DNA of 62,894 bases, the filler included, from Octopus bimaculoides (taxonomy: Eukaryota), in the NCBI RefSeq assembly GCF_001194135.2. It is 5 parts of 3 records of this genome, joined end to end, with 100 filler letters (N's around TTAATTAATTAA, not from the genome) between each part and the next. Parts side by side here need not be neighbours in the genome. Positions count along the whole stretch, not along the records: positions 8,470 to 19,528 come from NC_069007.1; positions 19,629 to 27,724 come from NW_026306484.1; 3 more parts are not named here. One strand, given 5' to 3'. A program made the position numbers and the translations under genes. Shown in pieces: positions 14,070-25,445 of the stretch. The notes beneath the pieces were generated by a model. It had not been told where the DNA came from. It saw nothing but the letters and a program-made list of their open reading frames with translations, and did no database searches. Every line of letters begins with the position of its first letter. Position 1 is the first letter of the stretch.

Positions 14070-14730
14070 TAACAACAACAACAACAACAATAACAACAAC
14101 ATGGTAATTGATATTTTTGAACGAGAAGAACAACATCAGGAACATAAATATTTGAACTGCCTGAGAAAAGAGAGGAGAAAGGAAAGAAATTATTGTGACA
14201 ATAGCAAGAAGAACAATATCGACATCTTAGCAGCAGCAACGACATCAACAGTCACAACAACAACAGCAGCAACAACGTCAGCAGCAGCAGCAATAAGAAC
14301 AACACCAATAGCAGCAACAACAAACAGAACAGCAGCAGCAAAAACAACAACAAAAACAAAAACAGCAGCAGCGGCAAAAACAACAGCAGCAAACATTAGT
14401 AACAACAACAGCCGTAGTAACAACAAAAACAATAACAACAGCAGCAAAACAACAGCAGTAGCAGCAACCGCAACAACAATCAGAGCAGCAGCAGCAGAAG
14501 GCAAACCACAGGAGAAACAGCACGAACAACAACGACAGCATTATTAGCAAGAAAAGCAAGGGCCACAGCAACAACAGTTACAAACAACAGAAACAACACG
14601 AAGAACAAACACAATAATAACGACGGCAACAATAACTACAAGACCAAAAACCGCACTAACAACAACAACAACAACAACAGGAACAACAGCAACAACAACA
14701 AGCGCAACAGCAGCAGCAGCAGCAGCAGTA
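14070..14730. repeat. Cryptic (AAC/AGC/ACA)n trinucleotide low-complexity tract
   Basis: Mixed aac/agc/gca runs produce low-complexity ORFs on both strands. Confidence 0.85.
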
Positions 14731-16422
14731 ACGGCCATTAGAGGCCTGACCGGAATTTCAACCCGAGTCCTTATCGACTGATCCACTTCTCTTCCGTCTC
14801 AGACTTTTGAAATTTGACTCTCGCAATAAATCCTACCACCGTTGGTTCGGCTACTCCTACAACCACCACCAGCACCACTACTAATACAACAACGAGAACA
14901 ACAAATTACTACTACTACTACTACTACTACTGGTGCTTCTACCACAGCCGCTGTTACCGCTGTCTCTGCTACGGGCTGTTTCTTTAATTTCGTATATTTT
15001 GTGTATTGTAGTAGTCTAGTCCAAAGAGAAAACAGGGTAACGCCGCCATTAATAGGAGAGGCTTGGGAAGGGGAAAGTGAGTGGGGGTGGGGGTAAAGTG
15101 TAATGTCGGAAAGAAACGAGGGACGCTAAGCTAAGGTAAGTTAAGAATAGTAAGATATGATTCCGAGTTCAGTCCCACTGTGTGGCACCTTGGGCAAGTG
15201 TCTTCTCCTATAGCTTCGGGTCGATCAAAGCCTTGTGAGTGGATTTGGTAGGTGGAAACTGAAAGAAGCCCGTCGTATATATATATGTGTGTGTGTGTCA
15301 CAATCACAGTGACACACACACAAACACACACACACACACACACAGAAACTCACACACATGCACACATTTAAACATACATACATATACAAACATACACGCA
15401 CACACTCGCAAACACACTCGCAAACACACGAACAAACACACACCACACACACACACAAACAAACATACAAACACGCAAACACACACCACACAAACAAGAT
15501 GTCTGATCGATATCCAGGGAGATCTCGTACGGTCAGAAGATCAAGCAGAGAGCTTCTCGCTTCTCAATTGAAAGAAAGACATTCACTTGAAGTAAAAAGT
15601 ATCGTCGAATGATTATAGAAAGCCAAAACTTTGATTTAGCAGTTTATTTCAAAGTAAATAGCCCTCTCTTCTATTTCATAACATTAATGGACTTTTTTGC
15701 AAGTTTATCTGAAAAACATGTTTTCGGTGAAACGGCAATTTTTTTTTTATTTTATAAATTCGTCTCTACAAAGTCTAAAAGCCGTTTTATTACATAATGG
15801 AAGTTTTAAGTCATCTCCCAGATTCATTCGCTCAATCAGCGCATTTAACAAAGAGACTTCTTATGCTCACGTGTCGATCCTGTTTCTTGATATTTTTTTT
15901 TTAATGTAATTCTCTCTAAAGTTTGCCGGTGGAATTTTTGAAAAGATCTTAAAGTAAGTCATGTCTATGTGGTTAAGAAATTCGATTAGTGATCACGTCG
16001 TTTAGGGTTCAAGTCGTGCGTGGCAAGTAGAGCAGATGCCTTGTACTATATAGTTCCGTGGCAACCAATGGTTCGTGTCAATGGATACAGCCCTCAAAAA
16101 CTGTACGGCAGCTCATTGTGTGTGTGTGTGTGTACAAATATATTTTTTTACTTTTATTCTCTTACTTGTTTCAGTCATTTGACTGCGGCCATGCTGGAGC
16201 ACCGCCTTTAGTCGTACAAATCGACCCCAAGACTTATTCTTTGTAAGCCTTGTACTTATTTTATCGGTGTCTTATGCCGAACCGCTGAGTAACGGGGACA
16301 TAAACACACCAACATCGGTTGTCAAGCAATGGTAGAGGAGACAAGCNNNNNNNNNNNNNNNNNNNNNNNNNNNNNNNNNNNNNNNNNNNNNNNNNNNNNN
16401 NNNNNNNNNNNNNNNNNNNNNN

Positions 16423-16453
<31 letters not shown>

Positions 16454-16542
16454 GAGAATGTACGAAAAAACAACAACAGACGAGGACAGGTGGTGTAAAC
16501 AACAAAAGGATGTATTAGTTTGACGCTCGGGAATACGGAAAG

Positions 16543-16579
16543 TCTTTAACGTTTCGAGCTACGCTCTTCAACAGAAAGA
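16543..16579 (-). ncRNA. Minimal type I hammerhead-ribozyme-like motif (A6U variant) in a Penelope-terminus-like relic
   Basis: Minus strand reads UCUUU-CUGUUGA-A-GAGC-gua-GCUC-GAAA-CGU-U-AAAGA. Stem I is 5 bp, stem II 4 bp, and stem III is the palindrome ACGU. A related degenerate copy lies at 46120-46152. Confidence 0.6.
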
Positions 16580-17689
16580 ATACGGAGAAAACAAGGAGAA
16601 AAACACGGAGAATATATATGAACTGGCCAGATCTGACCTATCACACCTACCCTACAATGTCGTTCTAAAAATAAACAAGTGCGTCATAGGAATCTCAAAG
16701 CAGTGAGATAATACATGAATAATTCAAACCAGCGTGAATAAATAAGCATTACATAGGACAGAACAATCTGAATGCTAAACAACTTAATCTATTGACCCTA
16801 GAAAGGATGAAAGACAAAGTCGACCACGGCGGAATTTGAACTCAGAACGTAAGGATGAACGAAAGGCCGCTAAGCATTTTGCTTGCTGTGCTAACGATTC
16901 TGCCAGCTCGCTACCTTTCAGATAACAATTACTAAGATATTCAAGTTGAATTGTTCTCAACTTTTACGCATACAAAATATAAAGATGATATCATCACAGC
17001 TCGGTATTGTAGCAATATTAATTTCAGACTTGTATTCACCAAGGAATCACTAGAAACAGCCAATGAACGCGGCCGAGTATGACATCAGCGAAGTTCCAAT
17101 GAAAGACAGTATCGAAGAAGATAAATAAAAATCCTAAATTACATTTTTCTTGGAGTTATGAACCCCGTAATAACTTATACAACAAAATGAGAAAAACTAT
17201 GTTCCCCCCCTGGGGGCCGTATGAATAATACGCATTACCAGTTAACCGGTTGTAATTTTATGTCCGGAATTCAGAATTGTCCAGAAGTAGCTACAAATAG
17301 AATTCATATGGCTAAAATAATTATCACACCGTTTGCAATAAAGGACATGCCTCGGGTAATGGTCAAATTATCTGGTTATAAGTTTTTATCAATGCTACCT
17401 CTTTCTTATTGAACACAGCAGAAGCCATAAATTGTCACGAGCGAAACGTACCTTATTTTAAACGCTTGAGGATAAGACTGATTTGGCAGCAAAATCGGTA
17501 ACCTGTAACTAGCATTGATAACAAGCCCAGCAGAAATAAGGTTTGGCAGTGAATTATAATAAAAGGAGGGAATATTTTCGACAAAGAAAATAGTCTAAGA
17601 TTCTGGTAAATAAAAGCCTGGCAGTTAATCAGTTATTGAATAGGTCCATCAAATTTGTAACGATATTTCTCAAATGAAGACAGACTAAT

Positions 17690-17845
17690 ATTGGCACTCC
17701 GTCGGTTACGACGACGAGTATCCCAGTTGATCCAATCAACGGAACAGCCTCCTCGTGAAATTAATATGCACGTGACTGAGTACTCCACAGACATGCGTTA
17801 CCCTTAACGTAGTTCTCAGGAAAATTCGGCGTGGCACAGAAATAT
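17690..17845 (-). mobile_element. 3' part of a third SINE family (C), CpG-intact copy
   Basis: tggcactccgtcggttacgacgacgag...gtgaaattaatatgcacgtgactgagtactccacagac is homologous to 26400-26560. Confidence 0.7.
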
Positions 17846-18402
17846 ACTGTATCTCCCTCGGTATGTACTCATATTTTGACTCTGAGTTTCTAATTTCTTT
17901 TCAGATCAAATTGACCCTAATAATCTTTTCTAAAGTAGGCACAAAGCCTGAAATTTTAGGGGATGTGAGCTACTTAATTTTATCGACCACGGTGTTCAAC
18001 TGGTACTTAATTTGGCAGTTTCTGCCAAAGTGTTGAACTCCGAGAGATGCAGGCTGGATAGCGTTGCCATATATACACTCCATTTACTTGGTTGCAGTTT
18101 ATTAAAATGCTTCTAAAGTTTTTGTTACATGAACCAGGCACATCGCAATGAGATTGAACCCGGGTGAAACAAGAGTAAGAATCTTGGACATTCAGTTATG
18201 CTTTAATTTCTTCAATTATATATATATATATAAGATTATATACAACAACAACAGACAGACACACACACACATTGTTATACACGAAGATGTTCATCTTTTG
18301 CCAGTCAAACGCATCCACTAAGATGACCATCCCCAAGTATGACAATATTTCTTTCAACGCACGTTTTCACATTAAGAAACTTGGAAAACAAATGCATAAA
18401 CA

Positions 18403-18516
<114 letters not shown>

Positions 18517-19284
18517 CATATATATATATTCACATATATTTATGTATTTATAAACATATATGTGTATGTAGGTACGTATATATTGTACATGTATTATATA
18601 TATATATATATATATATATAAAGTAACACACTAAGGAAAAAATGCCTTCAAACTGGTGTGTATATAAATATAAACATGTATATACATATATATATATATA
18701 TACACATTCATGTATACGTTCGTGCTTTTGCATGCGCGTGTACATACGCATCGTGTGTGTTTGTGTGTGGAGGATTATGATAGCAAAAACTGACACCCTA
18801 CACGGAGTTTCGCCTTGGGCTGTACCATACACACGCAAACACACACACACACACACACACATACAGGAATACATGCACACACACAGAGAGGCTTCACACA
18901 GATCTCCCTGCGAGTTTTCATAAGCCTCAGGTGCTCGTTCGATTTCCGGATTTAAAACAGAGAAAACAGAAAGCAGATTAGAAAAGACGATTGAATAAAT
19001 TTTATTTATTCTCAAGGAAATATATATTTATAAAAAAAAAAACTATGTTGTAGTTAAATTCACCGTTGAGGATAATATTTGCCTAATGGGGATTAAGATC
19101 CTTTTGCAGTTGGTTAGTCAGATTATTGGTGTGCAAGAGATTGGATTAAATGCTTGTTACAAGAGAACACTCTCAGATAAATAGAGATATATGAGTGGAT
19201 GTATATATACGCAATATCACGTGTCCACAGATATGGACGAACTCATATCCACATATATATCTATGTATGCACACACACACATGC

Positions 19285-19329
<45 letters not shown>

Positions 19330-19629
19330 ACGTGAGAGAGTTAGGGGTTGGGGGTTCAACCCACTAAGGGATAGTATCTATCCAGTATACTGCTGGGAGG
19401 GTACCCAATTATTGCTACACTAGTGCTATACTAGGTGCAATCAATGGGAGCGGGTAAAAGTGGAGGTTTTACCCAAAATTTGTGTAACAATTAGAAAATG
19501 GAGGATAATATGCTGAACCCAACTATATNNNNNNNNNNNNNNNNNNNNNNNNNNNNNNNNNNNNNNNNNNNNTTAATTAATTAANNNNNNNNNNNNNNNN
19601 NNNNNNNNNNNNNNNNNNNNNNNNNNNNG

Positions 19630-19660
<31 letters not shown>

Positions 19661-20110
19661 CGACAGTGAAGATGATGGTGATGACAGTGATGGTGGTGGT
19701 GGTGGTAGTGGTGATGGTGAAGGGGTGGTGGTGATGATGAAAATGAGTAGGAACAGTGGGAGGAGGATGATGATGATGATGATGATGACGATGATGATGA
19801 TGACGACGATGACGACGACGACGATGATGATGATGACAACGACAGTGATGGTGGTGGTGGTGGTGATGATGACGATGATGATAATGATGATGATGACAAC
19901 AAAGGTGTTGAAAACAACTGACGCTGACGGTGATGATGATTGTGATGGTGATGACGACTGCGATGGTGATGATGACGGTGGCAGTGATGATTAATTAGGG
20001 CAATGGTCGTGATCGTTATGAACATTATTGTGTCAGTGATGACAATGTCGATGATGATGATGATGACGATGATGACGATGAACGTGATGCAGATGATGAA
20101 GATGATCATC
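19630..20110. repeat. (GAT/GGT/GAC)n trinucleotide tract
   Basis: Seen directly; source of the poly-His/Ser/Met ORFs. Confidence 0.95.
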
Positions 20111-20382
20111 GTCGTTGTCTGAAGAATTACATTTCTTCGGGAACTGATCAAAATGAAATTATACTTAACGACATCATGGGGCAGATACGGTGAAACAAAA
20201 AAGCAAAAACATATATAAAAGTGTGGAAAACAGGAACACAAATAACCAAATTCTATAAAAGAGTCTTTGTTCAATGCTTTCTCAGAGCGACAAAAGAGAG
20301 AAGGCGTGAAAACGAGAACTAGGTTCTTGGAACTGCTCCTGGTCCTATGATATAAATTTCGTGTTTTAAAATGATCTAAATT

Positions 20383-21490
20383 GAAACCTTCCATCAAAAT
20401 TTCATGTTAATTTATGTTAATTTCATGTTAATTTCATGTCAATTTATGTTCCAAACACCAGTTTAACAATGGTAAAGTTATTTTACTAAATTCTTTGTTA
20501 TTTTCAAAATTAATTGAAACAAAAGCAGGGTATTTCAACAGAAATTTGGTAAGAAAAGGGCTAAAGTTGTTTAAATCAAAACCTTCCATCAAAATTTCAT
20601 GTTAATTTATGTTAATTTATGTTAATTTATGTCCCAAACACCAGTTTAACAATGAGAAAGTTATTTTATTAAATTCTTGGTTATTTTCAAAATTAATTGA
20701 AACAAAGGCAGGGTATTTCAACAGAAATTTGCTAAGAAAAGAGTTAAAGTGATTTAAACTAAAACTTTCAATCAAAATTTCATGTTAATTTATGTTTCAA
20801 ACACCATCTTAATAATGACAGTTATTTTACTAAATTCTTTATTATTTCCAAAACGAATTGAAACAAAGGCAGTGTATTTCAACAGAAATATGCTAAGAAA
20901 AGGGTTAAAGTGATCTAAATTAAAATNNNNNNNNNNNNNNNNNNNNNNNNNNNNNNNNNNNNNNNNNNNNNNNNNNNNNNNNNATTAATTGAAACAAAAG
21001 CAGGGTATTTCAACAGAAATTTGGTAAGAAAAGGGCTAAAGTTGTTTAAATCAAAACCTTCCATCAAAATTTCATGTTAATTTATGTTAATTTATGTTAA
21101 TTTATGTCCCAAACACCAGTTTAACAATGAGAAAGTTATTTTATTAAATTCTTGGTTATTTTCAAAATTAATTGAAACAAAGGCAGGGTATTTCAACAGA
21201 AATTTGCTAAGAAAAGAGTTAAAGTGATTTAAACTAAAACTTTCAATCAAAATTTCATGTTAATTTATGTTTCAAACACCATCTTAATAATGACAGTTAT
21301 TTTACTAAATTCTTTATTATTTCCAAAACGAATTGAAACAAAGGCAGTGTATTTCAACAGAAATATGCTAAGAAAAGGGTTAAAGTGATCTAAATTAAAA
21401 TCTTCCATCAAAATTTCATTTCAATTTGCATTCCAAATGACCATTTTAATAATGACAAAGCTATTTTACCGAATTATTTATTACTTTCAA
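20383..21490 (+). repeat. Tandem array of a roughly 180-200-bp MITE-derived unit
   Basis: The unit aaaccttccatcaaaatttcatgttaatttatg...aagaaaagggttaaag starts near 20383, 20580, 20761, 21055, 21236 and 21400. It is homologous to the dispersed copy at 52022-52268. Segment 20508-20926 is duplicated at 20984-21401 across an N gap. Confidence 0.9.
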
Positions 21491-21584
21491 CATTTATTGA
21501 AACCTCGAGGGAATATCTATTTTTGATGTGTTCTTAGTGTTTATTGCCCTTGTTCGTTTCCCCACACAAAGTCTACATTTTCCA

Positions 21585-21722
21585 TTATTTACATTTGACG
21601 GATATTTGTCCTCATCTTGTTTGTTGTTAACACAACATTTCGGCTGATATATCCTCCAACCTTTATCAAAGTGTCTTGGGGAAATTTTGAACCTGGGTTC
21701 TCATTCCTAAGGTATTTTTCGA

Positions 21723-21765
<43 letters not shown>

Positions 21766-21868
21766 ATTATTATTATTGTTGTTGTTGTTCAGGTCACTGC
21801 TTGGAATCGAACTTGGAATCTTGGGGTTAGTAGCCCGTGCTCTTAACCACTACGCCATATGCCCACGG
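21585..21868 (-). mobile_element. tRNA-headed SINE-like element with (AAY)n linker and hammerhead-like 3' domain
   Basis: A box TGGCGTAGTGG (21857-21847), B box AGTTCGATTCC (21813-21803), (AAC/AAT)n at about 21790-21725, and a degenerate HHR fold at 21675-21629. Confidence 0.7.
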
Positions 21869-23214
21869 GCATATGGCATACTAATTCCACTCACAATGCT
21901 TTGATTGNNNNNNNNNNNNNNNNNNNNNNNNNNNNNNNNNNNNNNNNNNNNNNNNNNNNNNNNNNNNNNNNNNNNNNNNNNNNNNNNNNNNNNNNNNNNT
22001 ATATATATACAGAAACATATGCGTGTGTGCTCACAATGTGTGTGTGTGTCTCTCTGTTCTGTGTACATACGGATGTATATATATGTATGTGTATATATAT
22101 ACATATATATATGTATATACACATATATATACACACATATATATACACACACACACAAACACATATATATACACACACACACGCACACATATACAAGTGT
22201 TAACGCATCTACGTATGTGCAAGCATGCATAAGTAATACATTTAAAGTGCATATATGAAGTATGCATGAATGCAGGTACACACACACACACACACACACA
22301 CAGAGTGGGGGTCAAGATAAGACATTCTCTGTCAGTGTTCCATCCAGATTTATCAAGAAATCTGAGGTGAACTGCGTTCATTCACATTCAAAAAGAAAGT
22401 ACTATATATATATATATAGGTGTATGTGTATATATATACATATATATATATACATATGTAGTTGCTTATATATATATATATATATATANNNNNNNNNNNN
22501 NNNNNNNNNNNNNNNNNNNNNNNNNNNNNNNNNNNNNNNNNNNNNNNNNNNNNNNNNNNNNNNNNNNNNNNNNNNNNNNNNNNNNNNNNNNNNNNNNNNN
22601 NNNNNNNNNNNNNNNNNNNNNNNNNNNNNNNNNNNNNNNNNNNNNNNNNNNNNNNNNNNNNNNNNNNNNNNNNNNNNNNNNNNNNNNNNNNNNNNNNNNN
22701 NNNNNNNNNNNNNNNNNNNNNNNNNNNNNNNNNNNNNNNNNNNNNNNNNNNNNNNNNNNNNNNNNNNNNNNNNNNNNNNNNNNNNNNNNNNNNNNNNNNN
22801 NNNNNNNNNNNNNNNNNNNNNNNNNNNNNNNNNNNNNNNNNNNNNNNNNNNNNNNNNNNNNNNNNNNNNNNNNNNNNNNNNNNNNNNNNNNNNNNNNNNN
22901 NNNNNNNNNNNNNNNNNNNNNNNNNNNNNNNNNNNNNNNNNNNNNNNNNNNNNNNNNNNNNNNNNNNNNNNNNNNNNNNNNNNNNNNNNNNNNNNNNNNN
23001 NNNNNNNNNNNNNNNNNNNNNNNNNNNNNNNNNNNNNNNNNNNNNNNNNNNNNNNNNNNNNNNNNNNNNNNNNNNNNNNNNNNNNNNNNNNNNNNNNNNN
23101 NNNNNNNNNNNNNNNNNNNNNNNNNNNNNNNNNNNNNNNNNNNNNNNNNNNNNNNNNNNNNNNNNNNNNNNNNNNNNNNNNNNNNNNNNNNNNNNNNNNN
23201 NNNNNNNNNNNNNN

Positions 23215-23275
<61 letters not shown>

Positions 23276-23593
23276 CATATATACGACGGGCTTCTTTCAG
23301 TTTCCGTCTACCAAATCCACTCACAAGGCTTTGCTCCGCCCGAATAGAATGCGCAGTTAAATGAGAACCATACGTTACTCTAAATGACCACATGGAAATC
23401 TTCACAAATAATCTTTAATATAGATTACCGGGAGATATTGGCCTTGAAATTTGTACTTTTGACATAATCAGGAAATCCATACACCCATTGTATATCCCCT
23501 ATCATTTTCCGAGGGTTGTTTCACTTTTCCCTCCTCAGCAAAGAATACTCACATTATCTAAAGTCTTTCTCTATCTGTTTTTGCTTTTTTCAG

Positions 23594-23681
23594 GTGCACA
23601 AAAAATCTCATTCGAACCAAATGACACAGATTAATTCAAGAATTGAAACAAAAGTGGCAAAAACTATATTCTTTGTAACAC
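23594..23681 (+). CDS. Opsin internal exon (ICL3 to start of TM6): VHKKSHSNQMTQINSRIETKVAKTIFFVT+c
   Basis: Polypyrimidine tract and tttttcag acceptor end at 23593; GTAAGT donor starts at 23682. The 88 nt are open in phase 0 to phase 1. The final C joins TT of the next exon to give Leu and continue in frame into AFLASWMPY. E-x-K-V-A-K matches the opsin ICL3/TM6 junction. Confidence 0.9.
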
Positions 23682-23696
23682 GTAAGTAAACTCCTC

Positions 23697-23840
23697 ATTC
23701 TAACTCTAATCCTAATCCTAATCTTAACCCTTCTTCTAAGACCCTACCTTAAACTGTAATTCCAAACCGTAACCCTAACTTCCAAGCTAAACTTACATTT
23801 AACCCTAGCTCTAACCATAATTTCAATCATAAATCATAAT
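23697..23840. repeat. Degenerate (TAACCC)n-like hexamer array inside the 215-bp last opsin intron
   Basis: Units such as taactc taatcc taatcc taatct taaccc, taaccc taactt and taaccc tagctc taacca show about 6-bp periodicity. Confidence 0.75.
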
Positions 23841-23896
23841 GCCTTTCTTCTATTATTCTTTAATCTCTTTCTTTCTCTTTCTTCTCTCTTTTATAG

Positions 23897-24435
23897 TTGC
23901 CTTTCTTGCATCATGGATGCCCTATGCCATCGTATCTCTACTGTTCGTGCTGGGTTACCATTCCAACATCGTGACGCCAGCTGCTGAAATTTCGTGCGCC
24001 GTCCTCGCCAAGTGTTCCGTAATCTGGAACCCGCTCATATACGTGATGACAAACAACCAACTGAAAAAAAGCATGATGGAGACCGTCCGTTCCGTCTGTA
24101 TGTATCTCGGCTGCAACAGGAAATGGTATGGTGAAAACAACGATGAGAATGACGGCAAAGATGAGAATCTAGAAATGGTGAAGGGGAGCCGGAAACGACG
24201 CTCGATTCGACGGCGCGAGGAGATCAGCTACAACACTGAGTTCTCTGTTGCCAGTAAGTCCAGAATCGTGCATCATCCAGAGGATGTTGCCATGTTAGAG
24301 GAGGCAGTTATGGTGGCGAAGAGGTCACCCCGTCTTGGAGTAACGGCATCGTTTCAGCCGACGCTTAGCAGGATTATAAATGAGGAGACGTGCTCCGAGT
24401 CGGAAAGGTGCGATGAAGATATGACGTGTGTTTGA
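23897..24435 (+). CDS. Opsin terminal exon (TM6, TM7 with Schiff-base Lys, helix 8, long C-tail); xenopsin-like
   Basis: Acceptor ctctcttttatag ends at 23896. Translation is (L)AFLASWMPYAIVSLL...AVLAKCSVIWNPLIYVMTNNQLKKS. The Lys at 24010-24012 is 6 residues before the N of NPxxY, as K296/N302 in bovine rhodopsin. NNQ occupies the 310-312 tripeptide. Stop TGA at 24433-24435. The first 19 residues of the listed ORF 23839-24435 are intronic. Confidence 0.9.
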
Positions 24436-24713
24436 AATGAGAAGAGTACTATCCCATCCTTGTGTGTGTGTGTGAGTGCATGTGTGTGTGTTTGTGGGTG
24501 TGTGTGTGCATATATATACATATCTATATATATGTATATATATATGTGTATATATAAATATATGTATGTATATGTGTATATATATAAATATATATGTATA
24601 TACACGTATTTATATATACGTATACATATATATATGTGCATGTATATTATATATTGTATATGACATTAAATTTATATTTAACATATATAAGTATATATAC
24701 ATTATGTATATAT

Positions 24714-24768
<55 letters not shown>

Positions 24769-24787
24769 ACATATATTTATATATAGG

Positions 24788-24830
<43 letters not shown>

Positions 24831-24993
24831 TGTATATATATACACATATATTTATATATAGGTATATATATTTGTATGTATGTATGTATAATACAGATAT
24901 TACTCACTAATTTATAAATTTGAAGTCAAGAAAGAAAGTCACATGTATATATTTGTGTGTGTACATGTGTGAATGTATGCATGTGTATATGTA

Positions 24994-25029
<36 letters not shown>

Positions 25030-25445
25030 CATTCTATATGTATTTATATATATACATCTCTCTCTCTCTCCCTGTATATATATATACATATATATATGTA
25101 TATATACATTGTATATGTATTTATATATATACATCTCTCGCTCTCTCTCTCTCTCTCTCCCTGTATATATATATATATTTATATTAAAAGACTTGTTGGG
25201 TAAATCCAGAACAATGCAAGAATATATAAATTAAAATAGAAAAAGAAAAAAGAAAAAAAGAAAAGTTGTAGCTTTAATTTATAATTCTATATTTCGGGGC
25301 TACGATCCCTTCTTCAGGGCATGCAAAAAAAGCAAGGAATCAACTTCACCCTACAAGTCTTTTAACTGTAATTTCAAACAATGTTTCACCAGAAGAACTC
25401 CATTTTTATATATGTGTGTGTGAGTGTATATATGTGTGTATATTG

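Noticed and set aside
14101-14547. 148-aa Thr/Ala/Asn-rich mucin-like ORF
   Set aside because: It lies in a cryptic trinucleotide tract that gives ORFs on both strands, with no signal peptide, splice support or recognisable domain.
19573-20397. 274-aa poly-His/Ser ORF
   Set aside because: (GAT/GGT)n repeat ending in an artificial spacer.
21795-21868. Possible tRNA gene
   Set aside because: It has A/B boxes but no proper acceptor stem and runs into a repeat body, so it is a SINE head. The same applies to the heads at 26660-26730 and 46227-46295.
23423-23470. GRYWP and EICTFD in two frames, resembling opsin extracellular loop 2
   Set aside because: It needs a frameshift, has the wrong spacing, is not followed by TM5 and has no donor site; probably chance.
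23839-23896. Listed ORF start MPFFYYSLISFFLFLLSFI as the opsin N-terminus
   Set aside because: This is the intron polypyrimidine tract; the acceptor at 23895-23896 joins in frame to exon 23594-23681.
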